Position numbers and translations under genes: made by a program
Shown: positions 1 through 9,703 of the stretch, one piece after another
How the letters are laid out: every line of letters begins with the position of its first letter
How positions within the stretch are numbered: the stretch's first letter is position 1
Assembly: GCA_039715185.1 (NCBI GenBank)
Contig: JBDLIA010000005.1
Location: forward strand, 6,587-70,586
DNA from: Gemmatimonadota bacterium
GTDB lineage: Bacteria; Gemmatimonadota; Gemmatimonadetes; Longimicrobiales; RSA9
DNA length: 64,000 nucleotides
Reading direction: 5' to 3'
Notes under the pieces: generated by a model
The model's input: the letters and a program-made list of their open reading frames with translations, nothing else
Database searches by the model: none
What the model was told of the DNA's origin: nothing

Positions 1-485
1 AGCGACTTTCCGAGGCGGGTATCGCCGGCGCGCTGGACAAGGCGGAGCGCTACCGACTGCTCAACGAGCCCCGCGAGGCAGAGAGCATTTGCCGCGACGT
101 GCTGAGCGTGGACCCCGGGAATCAACGCGCCCGCGTCGATCTCGTATTATCGCTCTCCGACCAGTTTGGCGCCGAAGGTGGGCCCTCCCGCGCCGACGTG
201 CTTTCGCATATCGGCTCGCTCGAGGGAGAATACGAGCAAGCCTACTACACCGGCATTATCCACGAACGCGTGGCGAAAGCGCGCCACACGCGGGGCTTTC
301 CGGGCTCCGAGCACGTGGCCTACGACGCCTTCCGGCAAGCGATGGAGTGCTTCGAAACGGCGCAGGCGTTGAGCCCTCCGGGAGACGACGCGGCGCTGCT
401 GCGCTGGAACACCTGCGCGCGGCTCCTCAACGAGCACCGCGCCCTGGCGCCGGCCCCGGAAACCGGACCGACGCTGCTGGAATAG
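1..485 (+). CDS. hypothetical protein, helical-repeat (TPR-like) character; 5' end outside window
   Basis: Frame 3 is open from nt 3 to the stop at 483-485. The listed ORF 99..485 is only the part after an internal Met. The upstream translation RLSEAGIAGALDKAERYRLLNEPREAESICRDVL continues the same character. No family recognised. Confidence 0.6.
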   Translation, partial: RLSEAGIAGALDKAERYRLLNEPREAESICRDVLSVDPGNQRARVDLVLSLSDQFGAEGGPSRADVLSHIGSLEGEYEQAYYTGIIHERVAKARHTRGFPGSEHVAYDAFRQAMECFETAQALSPPGDDAALLRWNTCARLLNEHRALAPAPETGPTLLE

Positions 486-606
486 TCGTCGCCGTCCCGC
501 CGGGCCGCGGCGGTCGACGCCCGGACCGCGCTCGTGCTCTCCTGCGCGTGCCCGCTTGTCTCACTATTCTTCGTCATCGACGCGTATGTCGCGCGGGGAG
601 CTCCCA

Positions 607-1041
607 ATGATGACGACCGACCGCATCTCAAGGCGCCTGGCCTCGAGGATCGCCGAGCACGCCGGGCAGCCGGTGGCCCACGTCATCGTCCAGGACGTCT
701 GGCTGTCGGTGGTCGAAGGCAGCCTGCGCACGGGTCAGCGCCTGCCCACGGCGCGGGAGCTGGCGGTTACGCTGGGCGTGAGCCCGCGCATAGTGGAGGG
801 CGCGTACGGCCAGCTCGAGCGGCTGGGCGTAACCACCACGCGCAGAGGAGAGGGCACCTTCGTGGGCCTCTCCCCTCCTTCCGAAGAGGAACGCGCTCGC
901 TACCGTAGCCTGCACGAGACCTGCCGCGAGGCGGTGGAGCGCGTCGAGGCGCTGGGCTTCGACGTGGTCGACCTGCTCGAGGCGATCGGCGAGTACCGCG
1001 ACGCCGACCGCGGCTCCCTCAGCCGGGGATCCAGCGCATGA
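607..1041 (+). CDS. GntR-family (YtrA-like short) transcriptional regulator
   Basis: Winged-HTH signature LRTGQRLPTARELAVTLGVSPRIVEGAYGQLERLGV. Start placed at ATGATG 607, preceded by GGGGAG 6 nt upstream. The ORF track starts at TTG 556, and ATG 586 is also possible. The stop overlaps the next gene (ATGA at 1038-1041). Confidence 0.85.
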   Translation: MMTTDRISRRLASRIAEHAGQPVAHVIVQDVWLSVVEGSLRTGQRLPTARELAVTLGVSPRIVEGAYGQLERLGVTTTRRGEGTFVGLSPPSEEERARYRSLHETCREAVERVEALGFDVVDLLEAIGEYRDADRGSLSRGSSA

Positions 1042-2045
1042 AAGACAACAGCATATTCGGGCGCATCGAACGTTCGACCGCGCTCGCCAAGCGAACCGAC
1101 GTGAACACCTCACCCAACGACACGCGCTATCCCGTGCCGGCTCTGACCGCCGGCCTGCTGGGCGCGGGTGGACTCCTGGGCGGCCTCGCCCTCGCGGGCC
1201 TCGCGTTGCCGATCGCGGGTGCCGTCGCGGGCGTCGCCGCGCTCGTGATCGGCTCCAGCATCAAGTTCTCCGACCAGTGGGAGCGCGCAGTGGTGCTGCG
1301 CTTCGGGCGCTACCGCGGCCTACGCGGCCCCGGTTTTTTTGCGATCGTGCCCATCCTCGACCGCATCGGTTACCACATCGACCAGCGCATCCGCACCACC
1401 GCATTCGGCGCCGAGTCGTGCCTGACCAAGGACACGGTGCCGGTGGACGTGGACGCGATAGCGTTCTGGGTCGTCTACGACGCCGAGCGCGCCGCGCTCG
1501 AGGTGCAGGACTACCAGGAGGCGGTGATCCTGGCGGCGCAGACCGCGCTGCGGGACGCCATCGGCAAGCATGACCTGGCCGAGCTGATCCAGGCCCGTAA
1601 GGAGCTCGGTCGCGGGCTCCAGGAATCGCTCGACCGCAAGATGCACGACTGGGGCATCCAGGTGCAGTCGGTGGAGATCCGCGACGTGGTGATCCCCGAG
1701 GCGCTGGAGGAGGCCATGTCGCGCCAGGCGCAGGCCGAGCGGGAGCGGCAGGCGCGCATCATCCTGGGCACCGCCGAGACCGAGATCGCCTCCAAGTTCG
1801 TGGAAGCCGCCGACCGCTACACCGACAGCCCCGTGGCGCTCAAGCTGCGCGCCATGAACATGCTCTACGAGAGCATCGTCAAGCGCGGCTCGCTCATGGT
1901 CGTGCCCTCGGGCCTCGCAGACTCGCTCAACCTGCCGGGCATCATGGGCATGGCCGGTGCGGCCGGCATGGAGGCTCCGGAGGCGGCGGAGGCCGGCGCG
2001 GCGGAGCCCCGTGCTTTGCAGAGGCGGCGAGAAGGCGTGGATTAG
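1038..2045 (+). CDS. SPFH/band-7 (stomatin/slipin-like) membrane protein
   Basis: N-terminal hydrophobic segment followed by a typical SPFH core: RFGRYRGLRGPGFFAIVPILDRI...DTVPVDVDAIAFWVV...IQVQSVEIRDVVIPEALEEAMSRQAQAERERQARI. Confidence 0.92.
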   Translation: MKDNSIFGRIERSTALAKRTDVNTSPNDTRYPVPALTAGLLGAGGLLGGLALAGLALPIAGAVAGVAALVIGSSIKFSDQWERAVVLRFGRYRGLRGPGFFAIVPILDRIGYHIDQRIRTTAFGAESCLTKDTVPVDVDAIAFWVVYDAERAALEVQDYQEAVILAAQTALRDAIGKHDLAELIQARKELGRGLQESLDRKMHDWGIQVQSVEIRDVVIPEALEEAMSRQAQAERERQARIILGTAETEIASKFVEAADRYTDSPVALKLRAMNMLYESIVKRGSLMVVPSGLADSLNLPGIMGMAGAAGMEAPEAAEAGAAEPRALQRRREGVD

Positions 2046-2086
2046 ATCGCCCGTTCCCGGGGCCCGGCTCGGCGCTTCTCTTTCCG

Positions 2087-2905
2087 CTAGCCCACCGTCC
2101 CCGGCAGCGACAGGTCGCCGGAGGCGACGTCGAACACCTCGCTGACGCACAGCAGCGGGTTGTGCACGCTTTCGTTGACGCGCAGCGCCGCCGTCACCCC
2201 GTCGTAGGAAAAATCGGCCGGGAAACCCAACTCCTTCAGGGGCACGGGTACTCTGATCTCCGCACCGGAGATATCCGGCTCGTAGCCCGGGCTGTCGATG
2301 AAGAGCGGCAAGCCCGGCCACGTGGCCGGCAATCTGGGCTCGGCCCCCTCGGGGATGTCCCGCACCTTGAGCGAGCCGGCGCCGCACTCCGGGTCCGGCG
2401 TGAGCACGACCCAGTGGCTGTGCCAGAGCCGGCCATCGTTGCCGTTGTCTCCGTCGCCGTCCTCATCGTACAGCGGCGTGTCGTCGAAGTCGGGGTGCGA
2501 CGTGGCCGCAAGCGCCAGGGTACCGGTCCCTTCCTCGAACTCCACCACGGAGGGGTCCAGGCTGGTGGGCCACACGTAGCTGAACACTTCGGCTCCGGCG
2601 AGCTTGCCAGCCGGCGTGGGGACGGTGACCCCCGCCCTGCCGCTCACACGCTCGACGAACACGAGTTCGTCGCCCTCCCTGCGCACCGCCGTGAACACCA
2701 GGTCGAAGGCGGAGTCTTCCGTGCTCCCGGGGTGCGACGCGAATCCCGCTTTCGGCGTGCTCTCTGCGTGGACGGCTGAGCCCACTTCCGCCGAAGCGTT
2801 CGCCTCTTCACCTCGGGCGGCCGGCTGGCATCCGGCCACTGCGCCCACGATCAGCCCCGCTGCTCCCGCGACCGCACGGACGACCCCGCTCCTGACGTGC
2901 ATCAT
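2087..2905 (-). CDS. hypothetical lipoprotein
   Basis: Start moved to ATGATG (2905/2902) behind GGGAGAG. Signal peptide with lipobox (GLIVGAVAGC). The rest has no recognised family. Start uncertain within the 306-aa ORF. Confidence 0.6.
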   Translation of the reverse strand: MMHVRSGVVRAVAGAAGLIVGAVAGCQPAARGEEANASAEVGSAVHAESTPKAGFASHPGSTEDSAFDLVFTAVRREGDELVFVERVSGRAGVTVPTPAGKLAGAEVFSYVWPTSLDPSVVEFEEGTGTLALAATSHPDFDDTPLYDEDGDGDNGNDGRLWHSHWVVLTPDPECGAGSLKVRDIPEGAEPRLPATWPGLPLFIDSPGYEPDISGAEIRVPVPLKELGFPADFSYDGVTAALRVNESVHNPLLCVSEVFDVASGDLSLPGTVG

Positions 2906-3042
2906 CTCTCCCTTTCCCGGTCCCCTGTGTCCCGCGCGCGAACGGGGAGCACGGCGACTTGATTCTGCAGTGGGGCGAACGTACCGTGGCCGGAGTGATT
3001 CGTACAAATATCCAATCGTGATCCCGGTAATCCGTGCCGCTT

Positions 3043-3978
3043 ATGAACATCCGCCAGTTGCGTTACTTTCTAGCGGTCGCCGAGCACCGCCACTTCACGC
3101 GCGCGGCCGAGGCGAGTTACGTGTCCCAGCCGGCGCTTTCGCAGCAGATCCAGTCGCTCGAGCGGGAACTCGACGCGCCGCTGTTCGACCGCCTTTCCAC
3201 CGGCGTGCGGCTGACCACCGCCGGGCGTGCCCTGCGCGGCTACGCGGAGCGGGTCCTGAAGGACGTGGAGAACGCGCGGGTGGCGGTAGAGGAGGCGGTC
3301 GGCGCGGTCAGGGGCGAGCTGACGGTGGCGGCTGTGCACACCGCCAACCTCTCGCTCGTCGTCCGTGCCCTCGCGCGGTTTCGCGATGAGCACCCCGACG
3401 TCACGGTACGCGTGCGTGAGGAATCGTCGGCGGCCGTGGTCGACTCCGTGAGCGCCGGCAGGGTCAACTTGGGGATCTGCTACCTCCCCGGGACCGGCGA
3501 GTCGATCCAGGCCACGCCGCTCTACGTGGAGGAGTTGGTGCTGGTGGTCCCGCTGGGGCACGCGCTGTCCGGGGGACCGGTGCCGCTATCCTCACTGGCC
3601 GAACTTCCGCTCATCGTGCCACCCGATGGCCTGTGCCTGCGCCTGGGCATCGACGAGGCGCTCGGCAGCAACGGCTCCGCGGCGCGAATCGTGGCCGAGA
3701 TATCCGCGCCGGAGAGCATCTGCGCGGCCGTACGCGCGGGCCTGGGCGTGACCTTGCTGCCGTCGTGTTACGCGGGTGACAGCGCGTCGATGGCGGGGCT
3801 GAGGGCGATACCCATCGACCCCGCCCCTCAGCGCTCGATGTACGCGATCCGGCACGCGGATCGGCACCTCTGCCTGGCGTCTCGGGCGTTCATGGCCACG
3901 CTGCAAGCCTGCTTGGGTGAGGGCGCGGCGGATCCCGAGTTGCAACCGCGAGTCGCTGCGGCACGCAGCACAGCGTGA
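3043..3978 (+). CDS. LysR-family transcriptional regulator
   Basis: MNIRQLRYFLAVAEHRHFTRAAEASYVSQPALSQQIQSLERELDAPLFDR is a canonical LysR HTH. The C-terminal substrate-binding domain has the expected length. GTG 3034 is an alternative start. Confidence 0.93.
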   Translation: MNIRQLRYFLAVAEHRHFTRAAEASYVSQPALSQQIQSLERELDAPLFDRLSTGVRLTTAGRALRGYAERVLKDVENARVAVEEAVGAVRGELTVAAVHTANLSLVVRALARFRDEHPDVTVRVREESSAAVVDSVSAGRVNLGICYLPGTGESIQATPLYVEELVLVVPLGHALSGGPVPLSSLAELPLIVPPDGLCLRLGIDEALGSNGSAARIVAEISAPESICAAVRAGLGVTLLPSCYAGDSASMAGLRAIPIDPAPQRSMYAIRHADRHLCLASRAFMATLQACLGEGAADPELQPRVAAARSTA

Positions 3979-4994
3979 GCTCCCAAGCCTATGTCCTGAC
4001 CCGCCACGGCGCTCCCGACGTGCTGCGACCCACCACGCGCAGCGAGCCACGGCCCGGCCCCGGCCAGGTGCGCGTGCGCGTAGAGGCCATCGGCCTCAAC
4101 TACGCGGAGATCCTCTCCCGCAAGGGTCTCTACGGCTGGGCGCCGAAGCTACCGTACGTGCTCGGCATGGAGGCCGCGGGCAACATCGACGACGTGGGCG
4201 AGGGCGTGGGGAGGAGCCCCGGAGAGGCCGTGGTGGTCGGCACCCAGCACGGCGCATACGCCACCTCGCTAGTGGTGGAGGAGGCGGCGGCGCTTCCGGC
4301 GATCGAGGGCTTCTCCGCGGAGGAGAACGCTGCCTTCCCGGTGAATTACCTCACCGCGTGGGTAGGTCTGGTGGAATCGGGTCGTGTCCACCCGGGCGAC
4401 CGGGTCCTGATCTCCCCGGCGGGGGGAGGTGTGGGCACTGCCGCCGTGCAGATTGCGAATCGGCTAGGCTGCACTGTGATCGCCGCCGCCGGCTCCGATC
4501 GGAAGCTGCAACGGGTGCGCGAACTGGGCGCCGACGCGACAGTCAATTACCGCTCCGACCGATGGGAAGATCGCCTGCGCGAAGTAGCTGGTGACCGCGG
4601 GATAGATGTCGCGCTGGAGATGGTGGGCGGCGAGGTGTTCGATGCGGCCAAGAACTCGCTGGCGCCTTTCGGGCGCGTCGTGGTAGCGGGCTACGCGTCG
4701 CTGGACTATACGCTCTGGAGCCCCCTATCACTGTGGCGCGCGTGGCGGGGCCGTCCGCGCATGCCCCTGCGCGAGATGCTCACCCGTTCGATAGGCATGT
4801 CGTCGAGCCACGTTGGGTACCTGGTACCGCACACCGGCCTGCTGCGGAGGATCTGGGGGGACCTGGTCGGGTTCGTGCATAAGCACGGCGTCCGCCCGCA
4901 GGTGGGCCATGTGCTCGCCTTTGGGGACGCGGCCGAGGCCCACCGCCTCATTGAGTCGCGGGAAAGCTACGGCAAGGTTGTGCTGCGCGTGTGA
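3975..4994 (+). CDS. zinc-type/MDR alcohol dehydrogenase family, quinone oxidoreductase-like
   Basis: MDR-family layout with a nucleotide-binding loop (LISPAGGGVGTAAVQIA) and a C-terminal YGKVVL motif. GTGA overlap with the lysR-family stop. Confidence 0.88.
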   Translation: MSSQAYVLTRHGAPDVLRPTTRSEPRPGPGQVRVRVEAIGLNYAEILSRKGLYGWAPKLPYVLGMEAAGNIDDVGEGVGRSPGEAVVVGTQHGAYATSLVVEEAAALPAIEGFSAEENAAFPVNYLTAWVGLVESGRVHPGDRVLISPAGGGVGTAAVQIANRLGCTVIAAAGSDRKLQRVRELGADATVNYRSDRWEDRLREVAGDRGIDVALEMVGGEVFDAAKNSLAPFGRVVVAGYASLDYTLWSPLSLWRAWRGRPRMPLREMLTRSIGMSSSHVGYLVPHTGLLRRIWGDLVGFVHKHGVRPQVGHVLAFGDAAEAHRLIESRESYGKVVLRV

Positions 4995-5081
4995 ACGCGC
5001 CCCCGGGCGTGGCCGAGGGCGCGACGTTGGTGTAGCGGGATTTCCCGCGGGCGGGAAGGCGTCCTCGTCTCGCGGCGGCGC

Positions 5082-6293
5082 CTACCCCTGCACCGCGTTG
5101 ATCATGTCGAAAATCGGCAGGTACATGGCCACGATCATGCCGCCGACCACGGTACCGAGCACCACGATCATGATCGGCTCCATCGCGCTCAGCAGGGCCT
5201 CCACCGCCGCGTCCACCTCTTCGTCGTAGAAGTCGGCGATCTTGGTGAGCATCTCGTCCAGGCCGCCCGTCTGCTCGCCCACGTTGATCATCTGCACGAC
5301 CATGGGCGGGAAGACAGCGGTTTGCTTGAGCGGCTCGGCGATGGTCTCTCCGCCCGCGATGCTGGTCCGCGAACGCATCACGGCGTCGTGGATGACCCGG
5401 TTGCCCGCCGTCCGCGCCGTGATCTCCAACCCATCCAGGATGGAAACGCCCGAAGCCACCAGCGTACCCAACGTGCGCGTGAAGCGCGCCACCGCGCCCT
5501 TGCGCAGCAGGTTCCCCAGGATGGGCATCTTCAGCAGGAATTTGTCGATGGCGAGCTCGCCGCCGTCGGTCTTGTAGGTCATGCGAATGGCCACGACGGT
5601 GGCCGCCATGCCAAGCAAGACAGCCCACCAATAGGCTTGCAGGAACGCGCTCATGCCGATCACGATCTGAGTCGGCACGGGCAACGGCACTCCCGCGCTC
5701 TCGAACATCGTCTGGAACGTGGGGATCACGAAGATCAGCAGGATCGCCACCGCCGACACCGCCACTCCCAGGATCACGCCCGGGTAGATCATTGCGCCTT
5801 TGATCTTGCGCTTGAGGGCGTCCGCCTTCTCCAGGAACGTGGCGAGTCGCAGCAGGATCACGTCCAGGATGCCGCCCGCCTCACCGGCGGCGACCATGTT
5901 CACGTACAGGTCGGTGAACACCTTGGAGTGCTTGCGCATGGAGTCGGCCAGCGTGTTGCCGGACTCCACGTCGTGGAGCACGTGCCCGATCACCTCGGCC
6001 AGGTACTTGTTCTCGGTTTGCTTGGCCAGGATGTCCAGGCTCTGCACGAGCGGCAGGCCCGCGTTGATCATCGTCGCGAACTGGCGGGTGAAGATGACGA
6101 TGTCGCGGGTCTTGATGCCCGTCCCGATCTTGATCTCGAATTGGCCGAGGGACTTCTTCTTCTCCTCGACCTTTACCGGGATGAGCTTCTGCTTGCGCAG
6201 GTAGCCCACGACGTCGTCGCGAGATCGGAGATCGATCTCGCCGTTGGTGAGTTCGCCGGCCAGCGTGCGGGCGGCGTAGCTGAACATCGGCAT
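5082..6293 (-). CDS. pilC: type IV pilus assembly platform protein PilC (GspF family)
   Basis: 403 aa with a duplicated T2SS-F domain and three TM segments. Conserved FTRQFATMINAGLPLVQSL and ARFTRTLGTLVASGVSILDGL repeats. Confidence 0.93.
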   Translation of the reverse strand: MPMFSYAARTLAGELTNGEIDLRSRDDVVGYLRKQKLIPVKVEEKKKSLGQFEIKIGTGIKTRDIVIFTRQFATMINAGLPLVQSLDILAKQTENKYLAEVIGHVLHDVESGNTLADSMRKHSKVFTDLYVNMVAAGEAGGILDVILLRLATFLEKADALKRKIKGAMIYPGVILGVAVSAVAILLIFVIPTFQTMFESAGVPLPVPTQIVIGMSAFLQAYWWAVLLGMAATVVAIRMTYKTDGGELAIDKFLLKMPILGNLLRKGAVARFTRTLGTLVASGVSILDGLEITARTAGNRVIHDAVMRSRTSIAGGETIAEPLKQTAVFPPMVVQMINVGEQTGGLDEMLTKIADFYDEEVDAAVEALLSAMEPIMIVVLGTVVGGMIVAMYLPIFDMINAVQG

Positions 6294-6370
6294 ATCGCGT
6301 CCCTTCCCCTCTCTTCGTCATCCCCCACCGCGCGGCCCTCCTCGCCGCGCGGCCCGCGTATCCTTCGGTC

Positions 6371-7573
6371 CTAAACGGCTGCGCCGTCTCCTCCCACCAT
6401 GCGCTGCAACTCGTTCGGGTCGCCCGACCTCTTGAGCGCATCCTCGAGCCGCACCTCGTCCATGATCACGAGCTGGTACAGCGCGTCGTTCATTGTCTGC
6501 ATGCCGTGCTTCTTCCCGGCCTGCATGATCGAATAGATCTGGTGCACCTTGTCGTCGCGGATGCTCGCGCGCACGGCGGGCGTGCACACCAGCACCTCCG
6601 CCGCGGCCACCCGTCCGGTCCCCTGTGCCCGCTGCAGGAGCGTTTGTGTGACCACTCCCTCCAGCGAGAAGGAGAGTTGCGCTCGCACCTGCGGCTGCTG
6701 ATTGGCCGGGAACACGTCGATGATGCGGTTGACCGCCTCGGCCGCCGAGTTGGTGTGCAGCGTACCGAACGCGAGATGCCCCGTCTCCGCGATGGTCAGC
6801 GCCGCCTCGATCGTCTCGCGGTCCCGCATCTCGCCGATCAGCACCACGTCCGGGTCCTGGCGCAGCGCGTACTTGAGCGCGTCACCGAAGGACTGCGTGT
6901 CGGTGCCGATCTCGCGCTGGTTCACCATGCAGCCCTGGTGCCGGTGCACGAACTCGATCGGGTCCTCGATGGTGAGGATGTGGCCCTTCTCTTCGCGGTT
7001 GATCTTGTCGATCATGGCCGCCAGCGTGGTCGACTTGCCGGAGCCCGTCGGGCCGGTGACCAGCACCAGTCCGCGCGGCCGCTCGGCGAGCTGCTTCACC
7101 GTGGGCGGCAGCCCCAGTTCGTCGAACGTCTTGATGTCGTAAGGAATCAACCGGATGGCGAGCGCCACGCTGCCGCGCTGCTTGTACACGTTGCCGCGGA
7201 AGCGCGCCAGTTTCTGCACGCCGAAGCTGAAGTCCAGCTCGTCCTCGGTCTCGAAGCGCTTCTTCTGGTTCTCCGTGAGAATCGAGTAGGCGAGCGCCAT
7301 GGTCTCGCGCGGCATCAACCGCTCGGTCCCGGGAATCTCCGTCAGCTCGCCGTCGATGCGCAGCTTGGGTGTCTGCCCGGTGGTGATGTGCAAGTCGCTC
7401 GCGCCCTTCGTGAGCATCTGCTCCAGAAGGTCACGCATGTTGAGCGCCTTCTCGCCGGGCGTACCGTTGCCCCCCGCGCCCGCTGCGGTCGCACCCGCGC
7501 CACCCGTGGCCGCCCCCCCCTGCCCCGCCGCGCCCGGAGGCGCCTGCGGGATCCCGCTCGCGATGGTGCTCAC
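6371..7573 (-). CDS. pilT: type IV pilus retraction ATPase PilT
   Basis: Walker A GPTGSGKSTT, then HILTIEDPIEF and AFGTLHTNSAAEAVNRIIDVF. GTG 7573 lies 8 nt after GAGGAG. This gives a ~45-aa Gly/Ala-rich N-terminal extension. ATG 7438 is an alternative start. Confidence 0.92.
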   Translation of the reverse strand: MSTIASGIPQAPPGAAGQGGAATGGAGATAAGAGGNGTPGEKALNMRDLLEQMLTKGASDLHITTGQTPKLRIDGELTEIPGTERLMPRETMALAYSILTENQKKRFETEDELDFSFGVQKLARFRGNVYKQRGSVALAIRLIPYDIKTFDELGLPPTVKQLAERPRGLVLVTGPTGSGKSTTLAAMIDKINREEKGHILTIEDPIEFVHRHQGCMVNQREIGTDTQSFGDALKYALRQDPDVVLIGEMRDRETIEAALTIAETGHLAFGTLHTNSAAEAVNRIIDVFPANQQPQVRAQLSFSLEGVVTQTLLQRAQGTGRVAAAEVLVCTPAVRASIRDDKVHQIYSIMQAGKKHGMQTMNDALYQLVIMDEVRLEDALKRSGDPNELQRMVGGDGAAV

Positions 7574-7682
7574 CTGTTAGACTCCTCGAGTTAGCTCCGG
7601 GGAGAGCCACTTTGTGGGGCGCCGCCGGCGGGTGGCCCCGCCCCGGCCGACCCGTACTTCCAGCCGGCCCCGGTCTAGACGA

Positions 7683-9398
7683 CTACGCCGCCGTTTCCTT
7701 CACGACCTCCTCGAGCGTGGTGATGCCGCGCTCGACCTTCTTCATGCCGTCCATGCGCAGCGTCAGCATGCCCTCGCTGACCGCCTGCTGGCGCAACTCG
7801 TCGGTGCCCGCTTCGCCCATGATCAGCTTGCGCAGGGTCGGCGACATGGCCATGACCTCGTAGATGCCCTGCCTGCCCTTGTAGCCGGAACCGTCGCACT
7901 CCTCGCAACCCTCGCCCTTGTAGAACGTGAGCTCGCGGTGCTCGGACGTGAGCTTGGCGGCGTCGAGATAGTCGTCGGAGTACGTCGCCTGCGCCTTGCA
8001 GCTCGAGCAGATGCGCCGTAGCAGCCGCTGGGCGCTCACCAGATTGAGCGCGGCCGCGACGTTGAACGGCTCCAGCCCCATGTCGATCAGACGCGTCACG
8101 GTCGCCGGCGCGTCGTTCGTGTGCAGGGTCGACAGCACCAGGTGACCCGTAAGCGATGCCTTGATGGCTATGCTGCCGGTTTCCAGGTCCCGGATCTCAC
8201 CGACCATGATGATGTTCGGATCCTGACGCAGGAACGCCTTCAGCGCCGCGGCGAAGTTCATGCCGACATCGGGGCGCACCAATACCTGGTTGATACCGTG
8301 CAGGTTGTACTCGACCGGGTCCTCGGCCGTCATGATGTTGACGTCGTCGTTGTTGATCTTGGAAAGCGCCGAGTACAGAGTCGTCGTCTTTCCGGAGCCC
8401 GTCGGCCCGGTGACGAGCACCATCCCGTACGGGTTCATGATGGCAGCCATGAAGTCCTTCTCGGCCTTCGGCTCCAGCCCGAACTTTTCCAGGTCCAGGG
8501 TCAGGTTGCTCTTGTCCAGGATGCGAAGCACGATCTTCTCGCCGAAGATCACGGGCAGCGTCGAGACGCGGAAGTCGACCACCTTCTTCTTGACGCGCAT
8601 CTTGATGCGACCGTCCTGGGGCACGCGCCGCTCGGCGATGTTCAGATCCGACAGGATCTTCAGCCGAGAGGTGAGCGCGGCCTTCATCCTGAACGGCGGC
8701 TTCATGACCTCCTGCAGCGCGCCGTCGATGCGGTAGCGGACGCGGATCTCCTTCTCGTAGGGCTCGATGTGGATGTCGCTGACGCCCTTGAGCACCGCGT
8801 CCGTGAGGATGCCGTTGATCAGCTTGACGACGGGCGCCTCGTCCACCTGCGCTTGGAGCGCCGCGATGCTGACGTCCTCGTCTTCCTCCTCCATCACCTC
8901 GACGTCGTCGTCCCCGAATTCGTCCAGGATCTCCTTCAGCCGCTCGTCCTGAACCTCGTAGTACTTCTCGAGGTGCTTGCGCAGCGTGTACTCGCCCACG
9001 ACGACCGGCTCGATGTCGTGGCTGGTGACGAACTTCAGGTTGTCGATGGCGGTCCCGTCGGTGGGATTGGCCATCGCCACGACGAGGGTGCGCCCGTTGC
9101 GGCGCAACGGCAGGATCTGGTGTGTGAGCGCCAACTCGCCCGGCACGAGGCGCAGGATGCGCTCGTCCACCTCGACGCGCTCGAGGTCGACCGCCGGTAC
9201 CAGGTACTGCTTGGCAAGCATGCGCGTCAGCGCCTCCTCGGCGATGAAGCCCAGCTTGATCAGCGAGTAGCCGATCCGGGTGCCGTGCTGTTGGGCGTCG
9301 GCCAGCGCCGTCCGGAGCTGCTCCGCCGTGATGAATTCCTCACGGACGAGCCTGTCCCCCAGGCGCTCGCCGCTCGCGGGTGCAAGCGTCGTTGCCAT
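7683..9398 (-). CDS. pilB: type IV pilus assembly ATPase PilB (GspE family)
   Basis: N-terminal MshEN/T2SSE_N domain, Walker A GPTGSGKTTT, and a C-terminal tetracysteine motif (CSSCK...CEECDGSG). Confidence 0.94.
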   Translation of the reverse strand: MATTLAPASGERLGDRLVREEFITAEQLRTALADAQQHGTRIGYSLIKLGFIAEEALTRMLAKQYLVPAVDLERVEVDERILRLVPGELALTHQILPLRRNGRTLVVAMANPTDGTAIDNLKFVTSHDIEPVVVGEYTLRKHLEKYYEVQDERLKEILDEFGDDDVEVMEEEDEDVSIAALQAQVDEAPVVKLINGILTDAVLKGVSDIHIEPYEKEIRVRYRIDGALQEVMKPPFRMKAALTSRLKILSDLNIAERRVPQDGRIKMRVKKKVVDFRVSTLPVIFGEKIVLRILDKSNLTLDLEKFGLEPKAEKDFMAAIMNPYGMVLVTGPTGSGKTTTLYSALSKINNDDVNIMTAEDPVEYNLHGINQVLVRPDVGMNFAAALKAFLRQDPNIIMVGEIRDLETGSIAIKASLTGHLVLSTLHTNDAPATVTRLIDMGLEPFNVAAALNLVSAQRLLRRICSSCKAQATYSDDYLDAAKLTSEHRELTFYKGEGCEECDGSGYKGRQGIYEVMAMSPTLRKLIMGEAGTDELRQQAVSEGMLTLRMDGMKKVERGITTLEEVVKETAA

Positions 9399-9703
9399 CT
9401 CGTCTATGTAGTTTTCGGGAATCTAAGAGGAGAGTGACGCCAATGTTGCCCACGCGCGTGGGGGCGTCAAGGCTCTTGTCGCGCGGGTGCCGCAACGTAG
9501 GGCAGCCGGCGGATCGGCCGATAGGCTCCTCGCGCGGTCGCCGCGCTGCTTGACGTCTGCCCTAGACGGCCGCGATTTGCGAGCCTCGGGTCGGGCGAAA
9601 TGCAACGGCCGAAGCGCCGAAGGGCAGCGCGCGGATGCAACTCACCGGCGCACAGGATCCACCTCCTCGCCCTCTCTGTCGGCGCACCGGCTGAACGGGT
9701 AGC

